Origin: a virus
Strand: one strand, 5' to 3'
Virus record (IMG/VR): IMGVR_UViG_3300032116_015770
DNA: 64,000 bases
Shown here: positions 36,387-46,064 of the stretch, piece after piece
How the letters are laid out: the number at the start of each line of letters is the position of its first letter
Position numbering within the stretch: position 1 is the stretch's first letter
The notes under the pieces: model-generated
Seen by the model: only the letters and a program-made list of their open reading frames with translations
Told to the model about the DNA's origin: nothing
The model's database searches: none
Program-made: the position numbers and the translations under genes

Positions 36387-39300
36387 ATGAAGAATAGAAA
36401 AAATGGAGGTTTTATTGGGGTGAATGCCCCTTTAGACACGATTAGACCTGATGGATCGAAGGGTGTATTAAGCACTGATGAGTTGCTTACTGCTAGAAGT
36501 AAAGGGTTTAATTCTCCTGAATTTATTTCTAGATATCCAGAAACCATATCTACATCTCAGATTCCAGATTCTGAGGATCCTTATTATAATTATGTATTTA
36601 GTGGATTATATTCCCCTTTGGTTAATACATCTATTGTTACCGATCAAAGTAATAGATGGAATGCTTTTCTTGAACCATATTCAACTGCGAATGGTAGATT
36701 TGAAACTGCTACTATGCAACATCAGACCAATACTTTTTGGTCGAATAGATTTACTACTAGAAACCAGCAGGTTGTTACAGTAACAGATAGAGCTGACCTA
36801 AGGTTCGGTACCGGACCATTTACTATTGAATTTTGGTACAAAAGAACTCATCGTAATGCCGCTAACAGATTTTTCTTCAACAAAGGTAGCAGTACCGGGC
36901 CTACAGGGTGGCAGGTAGGTATTAACTCGTCATTTCAAATATTCTTTTCTGATGTAAATACTACAACAACCGCTGCTTATGCATTAAAACATGATCTATG
37001 GTATCATGTAGCTATTGTAAGAGAGGGCACAGGGTCTAATCAGTTAAAGATTTATATTAATGGTACTGTGATGGGTGTTGGTACCTCATCAAGTAACTTT
37101 ACTCAAACAGAAAATTTAGTTATTGGTCAAGATCGGGCCGGGACAGCTGCTAACCGTCTTGCTGGTTTTATTACAGATATTAGAATGAGTAATGTAGCTG
37201 TTTATACCAGCAACACATGCTCCCCTGTTGAGGTGTTAACTAATACAAGTAATACAGTTTTTTCTAGTCTAGCTACAGACTTAAATCTTGGATTTACTGG
37301 TAATTTATGGCAAGCTCAAGGCCACACAGTTACTGCAACTACAAGTGTGGTTTTTAGATTACCTGACGTTCCGATTAAGTATACCAATTCAGCATTATAC
37401 CCATCTCATTTTTTTGATACTGTAAGTCATCACTTTGCAAACACTGCACCTAATGTGTCCAGTCGTTCCTTTACTATGGAGACTTGGGTACAGACAGATA
37501 GTTTTGGTGGTAATACTACGCCTATATTTGTAGTAGGTACTACTGGTGCTGGTAGAAATTATGGAATATTTTTAAATCATGGGGGTGCGGGGTTAAGTAT
37601 TATGACCCCAAATATTACCAACACTGGTAACGTTATTACCGGGGGTCTGGGTGATTTAGGAAATGCAAATGCTCGCGGAAATTTATGGGTCGGTACTGGT
37701 CAACTAACTACCGGAAGTTGGCATCATATTGCATTTACTCATAGTAATGTAAATGGAAACCTAACAGTATTCTTGAATGGTAATGTGGTGAGAGAAGCCA
37801 ATATTGGTTTTGTCAATATGACCCCGGTTCTTACCCAAAACGTTTACATTGGTACAAGTCCAGACACATCAATTAATAACTTAAGAGGATGGGTATCTGG
37901 TGCCGCAATTACCGAGGGTTTAAAATATACATCTAATTTTACCCCTCTTCGTGAACCCTTCCCAATTGCTGGTAATACCTTATTTAATTTAAATTTAAAT
38001 AATAATGCCAGCTTCACAGCATATATTACACCAGCTAATGTCAGCATTTCTGCTGGTAATGTAGATATTATACCTAGAGTACCAGGAAGAGCTACCGGGG
38101 GATCACCTAGATTAGATGGTTATCATTCACCATTTACTTCTACTCAGTTAAGAGCTAACGTATCTCCTAACATGTATCATACGGGTAGAGCAGAAGAAAA
38201 TGGATTACTATCTTATCAAGGCCTGGCTAGTTACAATAACAGCGGTTTGGATACTGGTCGAATTTATACTACTCTTAAGCCTTCAGATACTTCTTTAGAT
38301 TTAGGTACCGACCCCTTTACAATAGAAGCATGGATATATCCAAATAGACAAAATAATGGTTATGGTCTTTGCGGTAAAGGTTCAACTACTACTGGGTTTA
38401 GTTTAGAAGTAGGTACTGTTACTACAAACTTATTGACATTTAGACATGGAAGCTCTGCAATAACAGCAACTACAGGGGCTATAAGTGTTTATTCTTGGCA
38501 GCATATTGTAATTCAAAGATCTAGTACAGGATCTAATGATTTTAGGATGTTTGTTAATGGTAGATTAGCTCATATTGATACTCTGTCAACAAATTTAACA
38601 GATGTAAATACCATATTCTATTTTCTTACTAATAGAACTAATTCTGGAATGGCTGTTGATGCCAATCTTTACATTAATAATTTTAGAATTAGTAAAGTAG
38701 CAAGGTATCCTACTACTGATACTATTGGTGCATTAGCCTTCACTCCATCTAGATTACCGCTAACTTCAGACAATGATACATCGTTATTATTATTTAATAA
38801 CTGGTGGACCGATATAACTATGTCACCCTATCTTGACGTAGGTCATCATCATTTTTATGCCCATGATCCTGGTAATGAAAATAAAACTGTTGGAGCTAAT
38901 CCGGTCTCTAATAAAAACTGGAGCGTATCATTTAACACTAATGCTGTAGGAATTAGAATTTACAACAGTACAACTAACACTGATGGTTTGAATGCAGATA
39001 GTAGTGATTTTGCATTTGGAACCGGTGATTTTACCTGGGAAATATTTGTAGCTAAAAAATCTCGCTTTAATAATGTAACTAGTACTACAGAAACAGGCTA
39101 CTTATGGAATTGTAAAAGAGTTAATACTCCAGATGATGATAGCTTGGCTATCTATGAAAATCACCAAGGAAAAATTTGTGTTGATTATGGTGATGGTACA
39201 AGATCCAGAATAATTCTAAGCTCAAGATCTAGTATAGCTGGTAGTATTGAAAAATGGTACCACATAGTTCTTCAACGTGTTAATAACAGACTTGCTTTGT

Positions 39301-41165
39301 ATATTAATGGTATAAGAGAAGCAGAGGTGTTGTTCAGCACAGATATGCTATGTAGAAACACCACACCATGTATAGGCACTCAAGGTTCCACAGGTGTAGT
39401 CACTCAACAAAATTCAAATTCTTTTAGAGGTTTCATGTCTAATTTACGAGTATTAAAAGGTAAAGCCTTTTATGCTGTAAATGGTGAAAATCCTATTAGA
39501 TTCGAAGTACCTTCAGATCCTCTAGCTAATGATCCTGCCTGTGTATTATTAACTTTTAATAACCCTGCATTAATTGATCAATCTTTAGGTGGTAAAAATA
39601 AAGGTCAAAAATTAATACATGCAGGAGCATTAACTGACGCTACCGCTTTTGTTCATGGGGACTATAGTATTACTGCCTTTTCTCCTTTTAAAGAGAAACC
39701 TAAATCTTGGAGACAATCTCAAGGTATAGTAGCTGGTTATAATTTTAATGGTATTTACGGTTATAGCACGGGCGCTGCATCACACGGCTGGCATGGCCAT
39801 GAGACATATTATCTAGGTATGGGTGAAACTCCATTCACTCTTGAATTCTGGTTCTATCTAGTTAAAGTTGCAGTATCCGGTAATACAACTTACCCCTATG
39901 TTTTCCGTAGTGGGTCCGAAAGCAGTGCATGGAGAGGTATACAGTTAGCTGTCCACTCTGTTGCAGCACAAAATGCAAATAGATACGGTGCTGTAAGTCT
40001 AAGAACATTCTCTGATACTGCAGCAAATAATATATTATCTGGTAACGAATATTCTATGTCTTTATCAGGTACTTATCATCATATTGCTTTGGTTTGTGAT
40101 CCAGAAGCAACTAATAATAAGTATGCAATATTCGTAGATGGTCAATTAAGGTCTTGGTCGGGGTTAGGTGCTCAATTTAGTACTGATGACTACGGTGGTA
40201 CACCATTAGAGTTTAGAGATGGGGCAAACGGTATTGTTCTTACAAGAAGAGCAAAGTACTCTACTTATCAACCAGTAATCACTGGTATATTTGATGAAAA
40301 ACCAATCGAAGCATTTACAGCGTTTCAACCTATCACCACAACCATTCACCCGGTGCCGGGAGTTTCCTCTACTTCTGGAGCGTATTGTTCTGGTACCAGT
40401 GTAAAATATGTTCCTGAAATTGGTAATTTCGGGCGAGGAAGCATAGCAATACAACAACAAAGTGTTCAAAACTCAGGGGGCTTTTGGAATACTACTACTC
40501 CCCCCTATGGGTTTCAAGGTACAGATAGAATATATTTTGGTTGGATAGATAACGATAATATGCCGGAAGATGGTTTTTCAGGTGATACATATGGAGATTT
40601 TACAGTAGAGGGATGGTTTGCCTGGAGAGGTGCAGCTAATCCTAACGACAGATATTTGTTTGAGTTAAGTAACTCTTTTGCTGTAAGGTTTGGAGGAGGT
40701 TCTAGAGGTGGTGAATATAGCATAAGATGGAATAATAATGACGCCTACATGTATAATGTTCCTACTGCTAAAAATGCATTCACAACAAGCACAGGATCTA
40801 GTATAAATTTTGATCATATAGTGCTTCAAATGCGGGGTGGTAATTTTATGCTATTCCTAAATGGAAGATTAGTTTATACCTATTCTGTAAGCAGAGTACA
40901 AACTGCATATAACCCTATTGCACCCGCTACAAGTTATACTATGCAAGATGATTATTCTAGTACAGGTGCTTATTTGCTTCTTGGAGGTGATAACGAACAA
41001 ACTGGTGCTAAGTCATTTAGAGGATATATACAAGACATCAGATTATCCAGACTTGCAAGATATGATGTAAAAGTTATTAATGGTGTAAGTGTTATGGTTC
41101 ATAGAGGTACTAATACACCTGCCCTTCCAACTAAACCGTTCATACCACCTGTTTTAGTAAACTAA
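36387..41165 (+). CDS. multi-LamG tail fibre/receptor-binding protein (paralog B)
   Basis: Collinear with 31464..36380 from RKNGG.IG to MVHRGT..PALPT.PF. Confidence 0.8.
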   Translation: MKNRKNGGFIGVNAPLDTIRPDGSKGVLSTDELLTARSKGFNSPEFISRYPETISTSQIPDSEDPYYNYVFSGLYSPLVNTSIVTDQSNRWNAFLEPYSTANGRFETATMQHQTNTFWSNRFTTRNQQVVTVTDRADLRFGTGPFTIEFWYKRTHRNAANRFFFNKGSSTGPTGWQVGINSSFQIFFSDVNTTTTAAYALKHDLWYHVAIVREGTGSNQLKIYINGTVMGVGTSSSNFTQTENLVIGQDRAGTAANRLAGFITDIRMSNVAVYTSNTCSPVEVLTNTSNTVFSSLATDLNLGFTGNLWQAQGHTVTATTSVVFRLPDVPIKYTNSALYPSHFFDTVSHHFANTAPNVSSRSFTMETWVQTDSFGGNTTPIFVVGTTGAGRNYGIFLNHGGAGLSIMTPNITNTGNVITGGLGDLGNANARGNLWVGTGQLTTGSWHHIAFTHSNVNGNLTVFLNGNVVREANIGFVNMTPVLTQNVYIGTSPDTSINNLRGWVSGAAITEGLKYTSNFTPLREPFPIAGNTLFNLNLNNNASFTAYITPANVSISAGNVDIIPRVPGRATGGSPRLDGYHSPFTSTQLRANVSPNMYHTGRAEENGLLSYQGLASYNNSGLDTGRIYTTLKPSDTSLDLGTDPFTIEAWIYPNRQNNGYGLCGKGSTTTGFSLEVGTVTTNLLTFRHGSSAITATTGAISVYSWQHIVIQRSSTGSNDFRMFVNGRLAHIDTLSTNLTDVNTIFYFLTNRTNSGMAVDANLYINNFRISKVARYPTTDTIGALAFTPSRLPLTSDNDTSLLLFNNWWTDITMSPYLDVGHHHFYAHDPGNENKTVGANPVSNKNWSVSFNTNAVGIRIYNSTTNTDGLNADSSDFAFGTGDFTWEIFVAKKSRFNNVTSTTETGYLWNCKRVNTPDDDSLAIYENHQGKICVDYGDGTRSRIILSSRSSIAGSIEKWYHIVLQRVNNRLALYINGIREAEVLFSTDMLCRNTTPCIGTQGSTGVVTQQNSNSFRGFMSNLRVLKGKAFYAVNGENPIRFEVPSDPLANDPACVLLTFNNPALIDQSLGGKNKGQKLIHAGALTDATAFVHGDYSITAFSPFKEKPKSWRQSQGIVAGYNFNGIYGYSTGAASHGWHGHETYYLGMGETPFTLEFWFYLVKVAVSGNTTYPYVFRSGSESSAWRGIQLAVHSVAAQNANRYGAVSLRTFSDTAANNILSGNEYSMSLSGTYHHIALVCDPEATNNKYAIFVDGQLRSWSGLGAQFSTDDYGGTPLEFRDGANGIVLTRRAKYSTYQPVITGIFDEKPIEAFTAFQPITTTIHPVPGVSSTSGAYCSGTSVKYVPEIGNFGRGSIAIQQQSVQNSGGFWNTTTPPYGFQGTDRIYFGWIDNDNMPEDGFSGDTYGDFTVEGWFAWRGAANPNDRYLFELSNSFAVRFGGGSRGGEYSIRWNNNDAYMYNVPTAKNAFTTSTGSSINFDHIVLQMRGGNFMLFLNGRLVYTYSVSRVQTAYNPIAPATSYTMQDDYSSTGAYLLLGGDNEQTGAKSFRGYIQDIRLSRLARYDVKVINGVSVMVHRGTNTPALPTKPFIPPVLVN

Positions 41166-41166
41166 A

Positions 41167-41433
41167 ATGGAAGAATATTTAATAGTTAGAGATTATTTAC
41201 TAGAGAGAATGCCGGAGGACTACACTATGTTCACTCCGTATCTTGAACCACTAGAAGCATGTTATCAAAGATATATTGAAAACAGACTAACAGAAAATTT
41301 TGTTAATTTTAATTTTAACCGCATACCTTATTTTAATAATGAGTTAAGATTTATGCCAGAAGGTTTAGAGGATAAAATAGATAATATGTATGCACTTTTT
41401 TTAGAGAAGGCTAGGGAACAATCTAATGTCTAA
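41167..41433 (+). CDS. hypothetical protein
   Basis: 88-aa ORF coupled between fibre B and gp13. Confidence 0.6.
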   Translation: MEEYLIVRDYLLERMPEDYTMFTPYLEPLEACYQRYIENRLTENFVNFNFNRIPYFNNELRFMPEGLEDKIDNMYALFLEKAREQSNV

Positions 41434-42376
41434 TCCATCATCCAGACAGGGTTTAATTGATTACTGCTTAAGAGAGCTAGGTCACCCTGTTATTGAAATT
41501 AATGTTGATGATGATCAGATAGAAGATAGAATCGACGAAGCTTTTCAATTCTACCGAGAGTTTCATTATGATTCGGTAGAAATGGTTTATCTATCTGAAA
41601 AGGTGGTTGCTTCGAACGCTACTGTGTCAGGTAATGCAACAGTATTTACAGGTGGTGAATTAATTACCGGTAACATATCTAATGCTACTGCTTTCGTACA
41701 TCAGGCACCTAACTCCACTCTATTAAATATCTACGATATCACCGGTACATTTACTGATGGTGAATTAATTACAGGTAACAAATCAGGTACTATTGCAACT
41801 ATATCCAACGTCAATAAAAATAATTACGATAACAGATACTTCAATTTAACTGATTTAATTACCGGTGTTTCAAAGGTACTGCAGTTGTCCAATAAATCAT
41901 CTGGTACTAGCATGTTTGACGTTCAGTATCAGCTTATGTTAAATAATATTCAATCTCTAACTAATACAGACATTATATATTATACCCAGCTCAAAACCCA
42001 TTTTAATCTTATTAATGATTTAATGACCGGTCAAAAACCAGTACGTTTTAATCGTCATATGAATAGATTATTTGTGGATATGAACTGGAGAAAAGACATT
42101 GCAATCGGTGACCATATCATCGTAGAAGCATTTAGAATTCTAGATCCTAATACCTTTACAGATGTTTACAACGATTACTTTTTAAAGAAATACGCTACTG
42201 CTTTAATTAAGAAACAGTGGGGATCTAATCTTAAGAAGTTCGAAGGTGTACAAATGCCTGGAGGGGTAACACTTAATGGCCAGAAAATATACGATGAAGC
42301 TGTAGATGAAATAAAGCAACTTCAATTAGACGCTCAATCAATCTATCAGCTACCTGTTGATTTCTTTGTCGGATAA
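41426..42376 (+). CDS. gp13: neck protein
   Basis: LIDYCLRELGHPVIEINVDDDQ, RFNRH..RL, LKKYATALIKKQWG.NL.KF.G.Q.PGGVTLNG. Confidence 0.95.
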   Translation: MSNPSSRQGLIDYCLRELGHPVIEINVDDDQIEDRIDEAFQFYREFHYDSVEMVYLSEKVVASNATVSGNATVFTGGELITGNISNATAFVHQAPNSTLLNIYDITGTFTDGELITGNKSGTIATISNVNKNNYDNRYFNLTDLITGVSKVLQLSNKSSGTSMFDVQYQLMLNNIQSLTNTDIIYYTQLKTHFNLINDLMTGQKPVRFNRHMNRLFVDMNWRKDIAIGDHIIVEAFRILDPNTFTDVYNDYFLKKYATALIKKQWGSNLKKFEGVQMPGGVTLNGQKIYDEAVDEIKQLQLDAQSIYQLPVDFFVG

Positions 42377-42379
42377 ATA
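42372..42379 (+). promoter_or_regulatory. late promoter (GATAAATA) for gp14
   Basis: Overlaps the gp13 stop codon. Confidence 0.55.
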
Positions 42380-42400
42380 CCTTCAAGGGACCACATATGG

Positions 42401-42429
42401 ATTTTATGTGTTAATCAACTAAAAATCAA
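42401..42429 (-). promoter_or_regulatory. candidate sigma70 promoter antisense to gp13
   Basis: Minus strand TTGATT(42429-42424)-N17-TAAAAT(42406-42401) in a 68-bp intergenic gap. Confidence 0.5.
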
Positions 42430-42444
42430 TAGCAGTTTACCAAA

Positions 42445-43185
42445 ATGGCCACAAATCATTATTTTCAATCAGGTAGGAACATAGGAAGAGCCTCAGAACA
42501 ATTTCTGATGGAAGATCTTACTATTGAGTGTTTGAAAATATATGGTTTTGATGTCTTTTATATACCTAGAAAATCAGTAAATTTTGATAATATTTTTACA
42601 GAAGATGCTCTTAATAAGTATGAGCATGCTTATCCTTTAGAAATGTACTTACAAAACGTTACAGGTTTTGAAGGTGAGGGTGATCTATTATCTAAGTTTG
42701 GTGTTGAGATCAGAGACACAGCTACGTTCATTGTAGCAAGACGTCGCTGGGATGAAGTAGTAGCCAGAACTGGTAACGTACAATTAGAGAAAAGACCTGC
42801 TGAAGGTGATGTAATCTATTTCCCTTTAACAAAAGGTTACTTTGAAATTCGTAGAGTAGAAACAAAAGAACCTTTCTTCCAGGTTGGCCAGTTATATGTT
42901 TATAAACTAGAGTGTGAATTAATGCAGTACTCTGGTGAGAGATTTGATACTGGTGATGGAGAAATTGATTCTATTGAAGAAATCTCATTAGATATTAAAT
43001 CACATGAGCTATTGTTAGAAGACGGTGGATCATTACAACTAGAATATTTTACTCCTTCTAGTATGATATTAGAGGGTTATACTATGGTTAATATAGATCC
43101 AGAATCTCAAAACGAGGCATTTTATAATAACATAGATATTCTTGACTTTACAGAACGCAATCCATTTGGTGAGGTAATTGCGTAA
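42445..43185 (+). CDS. gp14: neck protein (head closure)
   Basis: EQ.L.EDL.IE.LKIYG.DV.Y.PR, SKFG.EIRD, RP.EGD.IYFP, DFTE.NPFG. Confidence 0.95.
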   Translation: MATNHYFQSGRNIGRASEQFLMEDLTIECLKIYGFDVFYIPRKSVNFDNIFTEDALNKYEHAYPLEMYLQNVTGFEGEGDLLSKFGVEIRDTATFIVARRRWDEVVARTGNVQLEKRPAEGDVIYFPLTKGYFEIRRVETKEPFFQVGQLYVYKLECELMQYSGERFDTGDGEIDSIEEISLDIKSHELLLEDGGSLQLEYFTPSSMILEGYTMVNIDPESQNEAFYNNIDILDFTERNPFGEVIA

Positions 43186-43940
43186 TGTTAAACCAAAAAT
43201 TTTATTGGGGAACTACCCGCAAAGCAATTATTGCTTTCGGCAACATGTTTAATAACATTCATATAGATAGAAGAAATGCTGCCGGGCAAGTTATTCAAAC
43301 ATTAAAAGTACCTTTATCATATGCTCCTAAGCAAAAATTTATTGCTAGAATTACAGCGCAACCCGGAGACCCGATTCAAAGGGATCAAGTAGTAATACCT
43401 AGAATGGCTTTTGAAATTGTAGGTATTCAGTACGACCCTAATAGAAGAATAAGCCTTGTACAGCAAAACCGTGGTACAAATAATACAGCAGATACTTTAA
43501 ATTCACAATACGCACCTACGCCATATAATATTAATATGGCTTTATACTCATATACAAAAAATCAAGACGATGGTTTACAAATCGTCGAACAAATACTTCC
43601 ATACTTTAATCCTGATTTTAATTTATCCCTTAATGCTATTCCTCAGCTCGGAATTAAAAATGACTTACCTATCATTCTAGATTCCGTATCTTACGAGGAT
43701 GATTATGAAGGAGACTTTAGAAATAGAAGAGCTATTATTTGGACATTAAATTTTACTATGAAGCTTAACTACTTCGGTCCGATTAGTAAGCAAGGCATTA
43801 TACGATCTACAAACGTCAATACATTTTCAAATCCTGAACTTACACAAAGACAGCAAGCATACAACGTTACAGTTACACCTAACACAGCTGTTCCAGGCGA
43901 TACATTTGATTTTGTTGAAACGTTTGAGGATTTTGAATGA
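43185..43940 (+). CDS. gp15: tail sheath stabilizer/terminator
   Basis: RKAIIAFG.MFN.I, KVPLSYAPKQKF, PRMAFE, QIVEQILPYF.P. Confidence 0.95.
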   Translation: MLNQKFYWGTTRKAIIAFGNMFNNIHIDRRNAAGQVIQTLKVPLSYAPKQKFIARITAQPGDPIQRDQVVIPRMAFEIVGIQYDPNRRISLVQQNRGTNNTADTLNSQYAPTPYNINMALYSYTKNQDDGLQIVEQILPYFNPDFNLSLNAIPQLGIKNDLPIILDSVSYEDDYEGDFRNRRAIIWTLNFTMKLNYFGPISKQGIIRSTNVNTFSNPELTQRQQAYNVTVTPNTAVPGDTFDFVETFEDFE

Positions 43941-44341
43941 AAATGGAAAAAAAACTAAATGACCTTTTTAACATTTCCATAAAACCTGTTGATGTAGTAG
44001 ATGTTAAAGAAGGTAAGTCTGAAGATAAAGACGACTTTACGGTTGCAAGAGAAACCTTGCGCGATATGATTACAAAAAATGAAGATGTGATTAATGATCT
44101 AGTATCTATTGCTAAGCAATCAGAACACCCGAGAGCGTTTGAAGTAGTAGCAGAACTAGTCAAAGCTCAAACAGGTCTTGCAAAAGAGTTAATGACGCTT
44201 CATAAGATTAAAAAAGATGTAGATGGTGAACAGGAACCTTCAAAAATAGGTACTCAAAACAATATTGTATTTGCAGGTTCCACCGCTGACTTAATGAAAA
44301 TGATCTCAGCAGAAAGAGCAAAAATAATTGACTCAAAGTAA
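43937..44341 (+). CDS. gp16: terminase small subunit
   Basis: DDF..ARE.L, SEHPRAFEV, NNIVFAGSTADL.KM. Confidence 0.92.
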   Translation: MKMEKKLNDLFNISIKPVDVVDVKEGKSEDKDDFTVARETLRDMITKNEDVINDLVSIAKQSEHPRAFEVVAELVKAQTGLAKELMTLHKIKKDVDGEQEPSKIGTQNNIVFAGSTADLMKMISAERAKIIDSK

Positions 44342-45989
44342 AAATTCTTATAACGGTAACAGGTCGTTAAAGCAGATTGGTTATGCAATTCCATATACTC
44401 AAGAACAAGTATATGAGCTCTTAAAATGTAAAGATGATCCAATCTACTTTATAAAGACCCATTGTAAAATCGTATCTCTAGACTCAGAGATGCTGGTTCC
44501 GTTTGAGCTATACGGTTATCAAGAAAAATTTATTAATATTATTCAAGATAACAGACGAGTAATTAGTATGCAGCCTCGTCAAATGGGTAAATCCCAAGTG
44601 GTAGCTGCTTACATTTTATGGTATACTCTATTCAACAATAATAAAACGGTTGCAATATTAGGTAACAAATCAGATGCGGCTATGGAAATTCTTGGCCGTT
44701 ATCAGTTAATGTATGAAAATGTACCTATATGGATGCAACAAGGAATTAAGACATGGAACAAAGGTGATGTGGAACTGGAAAACGGGTCTTCTGTTTTTAC
44801 TGCCGCTACTTCTTCTGCTGGTATTAGAGGTAAGTCTGTTAATATACTTTATGTTGACGAAGTAGCTATTATTCCAAACAATGTAGCTGAAAGCTTCTTT
44901 ACATCTGTTTACCCTGTTGTATCTGCTGGTGAAACCACTAAGATTATTCTTACCTCTACCCCGCTAGGTTATAATCACTTCTGGAAATTCTGGAATGATG
45001 CAGAGAATAATGCTAATGGTTTTGTACCATTAAGAGTAGAATATTGGGAACATCCAAAGCGAGATGCTAAATGGGCTGAAGAACAAAAACGTATACTTGG
45101 TGAGATTAAATTTAATCAAGAAGTCTTATGTGCATTCCTTGGTTCGTCTAATACACTAATTAATGCAGATACAATTGCAAGATTATCTCCAGTTCCTTAT
45201 GTATATTCTAAAGAAAATATTGATATACTAGAAGAACCAAAACCAGAACACCTTTACTTTATTACAGTAGATACATCAAGAGGAGTTGGAGGTGATTACT
45301 CAGCCTTCACTGTAGTAGATTGTACAGATTATCCATTTACTGTAGTAGCTAAATATCGGGATAATAAAATTAGTCCTTTATTGTATCCTAATATTATTCA
45401 TAAGATTGCTAAGGACTATAACAGTGCATATATTTTAGTAGAAATAAATGATATCGGTCAACAAGTAGCTGATATCATTCATAATGATTTAGAGTATGAA
45501 AATATGCTTTGGGTAGGTAGTGATCCAAAGTATGGTCAATTTTTATCTACATCAGGAAGAAGCGCAGTTCTTGGTGTTAGAACTACCAAACAAATTAAAC
45601 GAATTGGATGCGCATCATTAAAAACGTTAGTAGAAAATAATAAATTATTAGTATTTGATAAGGATATTATATCTGAATTTTCAACCTTTATCGAGCATAA
45701 CGGATCGTTTGAAGCTGATGAGGGTTATCATGATGATTTAACCATGACATTGGTTTTATTTGCGTGGGCGTCTAACGATATCTTGTTTAAAGATCTGATG
45801 AACGCTAACAATAGAAAGGCGTTGTTCAGCTCGCAAATGAAATCCATCGAAGAGGATTTAACTCCTTTTGGATTCGTAGATAACGGAATTTTACCAGAAG
45901 AAAAAGCTGAAGTTATCGATGGAGACTTATGGTTAACAGACAAATATCATAAAGATTTAAGCGATTTTTTGCGTGATAGGTCATGGTAA
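44328..45989 (+). CDS. gp17: terminase large subunit (TTG start)
   Basis: Walker A PRQMGKS, Walker B ILYVDE, TSTP.G, nuclease VDTSRGVGGDYSAF, HDDL. Confidence 0.97.
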   Translation: MTQSKNSYNGNRSLKQIGYAIPYTQEQVYELLKCKDDPIYFIKTHCKIVSLDSEMLVPFELYGYQEKFINIIQDNRRVISMQPRQMGKSQVVAAYILWYTLFNNNKTVAILGNKSDAAMEILGRYQLMYENVPIWMQQGIKTWNKGDVELENGSSVFTAATSSAGIRGKSVNILYVDEVAIIPNNVAESFFTSVYPVVSAGETTKIILTSTPLGYNHFWKFWNDAENNANGFVPLRVEYWEHPKRDAKWAEEQKRILGEIKFNQEVLCAFLGSSNTLINADTIARLSPVPYVYSKENIDILEEPKPEHLYFITVDTSRGVGGDYSAFTVVDCTDYPFTVVAKYRDNKISPLLYPNIIHKIAKDYNSAYILVEINDIGQQVADIIHNDLEYENMLWVGSDPKYGQFLSTSGRSAVLGVRTTKQIKRIGCASLKTLVENNKLLVFDKDIISEFSTFIEHNGSFEADEGYHDDLTMTLVLFAWASNDILFKDLMNANNRKALFSSQMKSIEEDLTPFGFVDNGILPEEKAEVIDGDLWLTDKYHKDLSDFLRDRSW

Positions 45990-46005
45990 TTAAAAATTTT
46001 AAAAG

Positions 46006-46013
46006 TATAAATA
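46006..46013 (+). promoter_or_regulatory. late promoter (TATAAATA) for gp18
   Basis: Perfect consensus in an intergenic region. Confidence 0.85.
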
Positions 46014-46064
46014 TCCTAGTAGACAATATTTGTTATGAAATACTAACATCATAAGGAGAATAAG

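Noticed and set aside
27108-41165. Diversity-generating retroelement or invertible cassette in the fibre island
   Set aside because: No reverse transcriptase or invertase, and no near-identical TR/VR pair differing only at adenines; paralog similarity is old and diffuse
46031-46058. Weak alternative hairpins in the gp18 leader (TTATGA/TCATAA; TGTTA/TAACA)
   Set aside because: AU-rich 5-6 bp stems, likely chance; the SD core GGAG stays free
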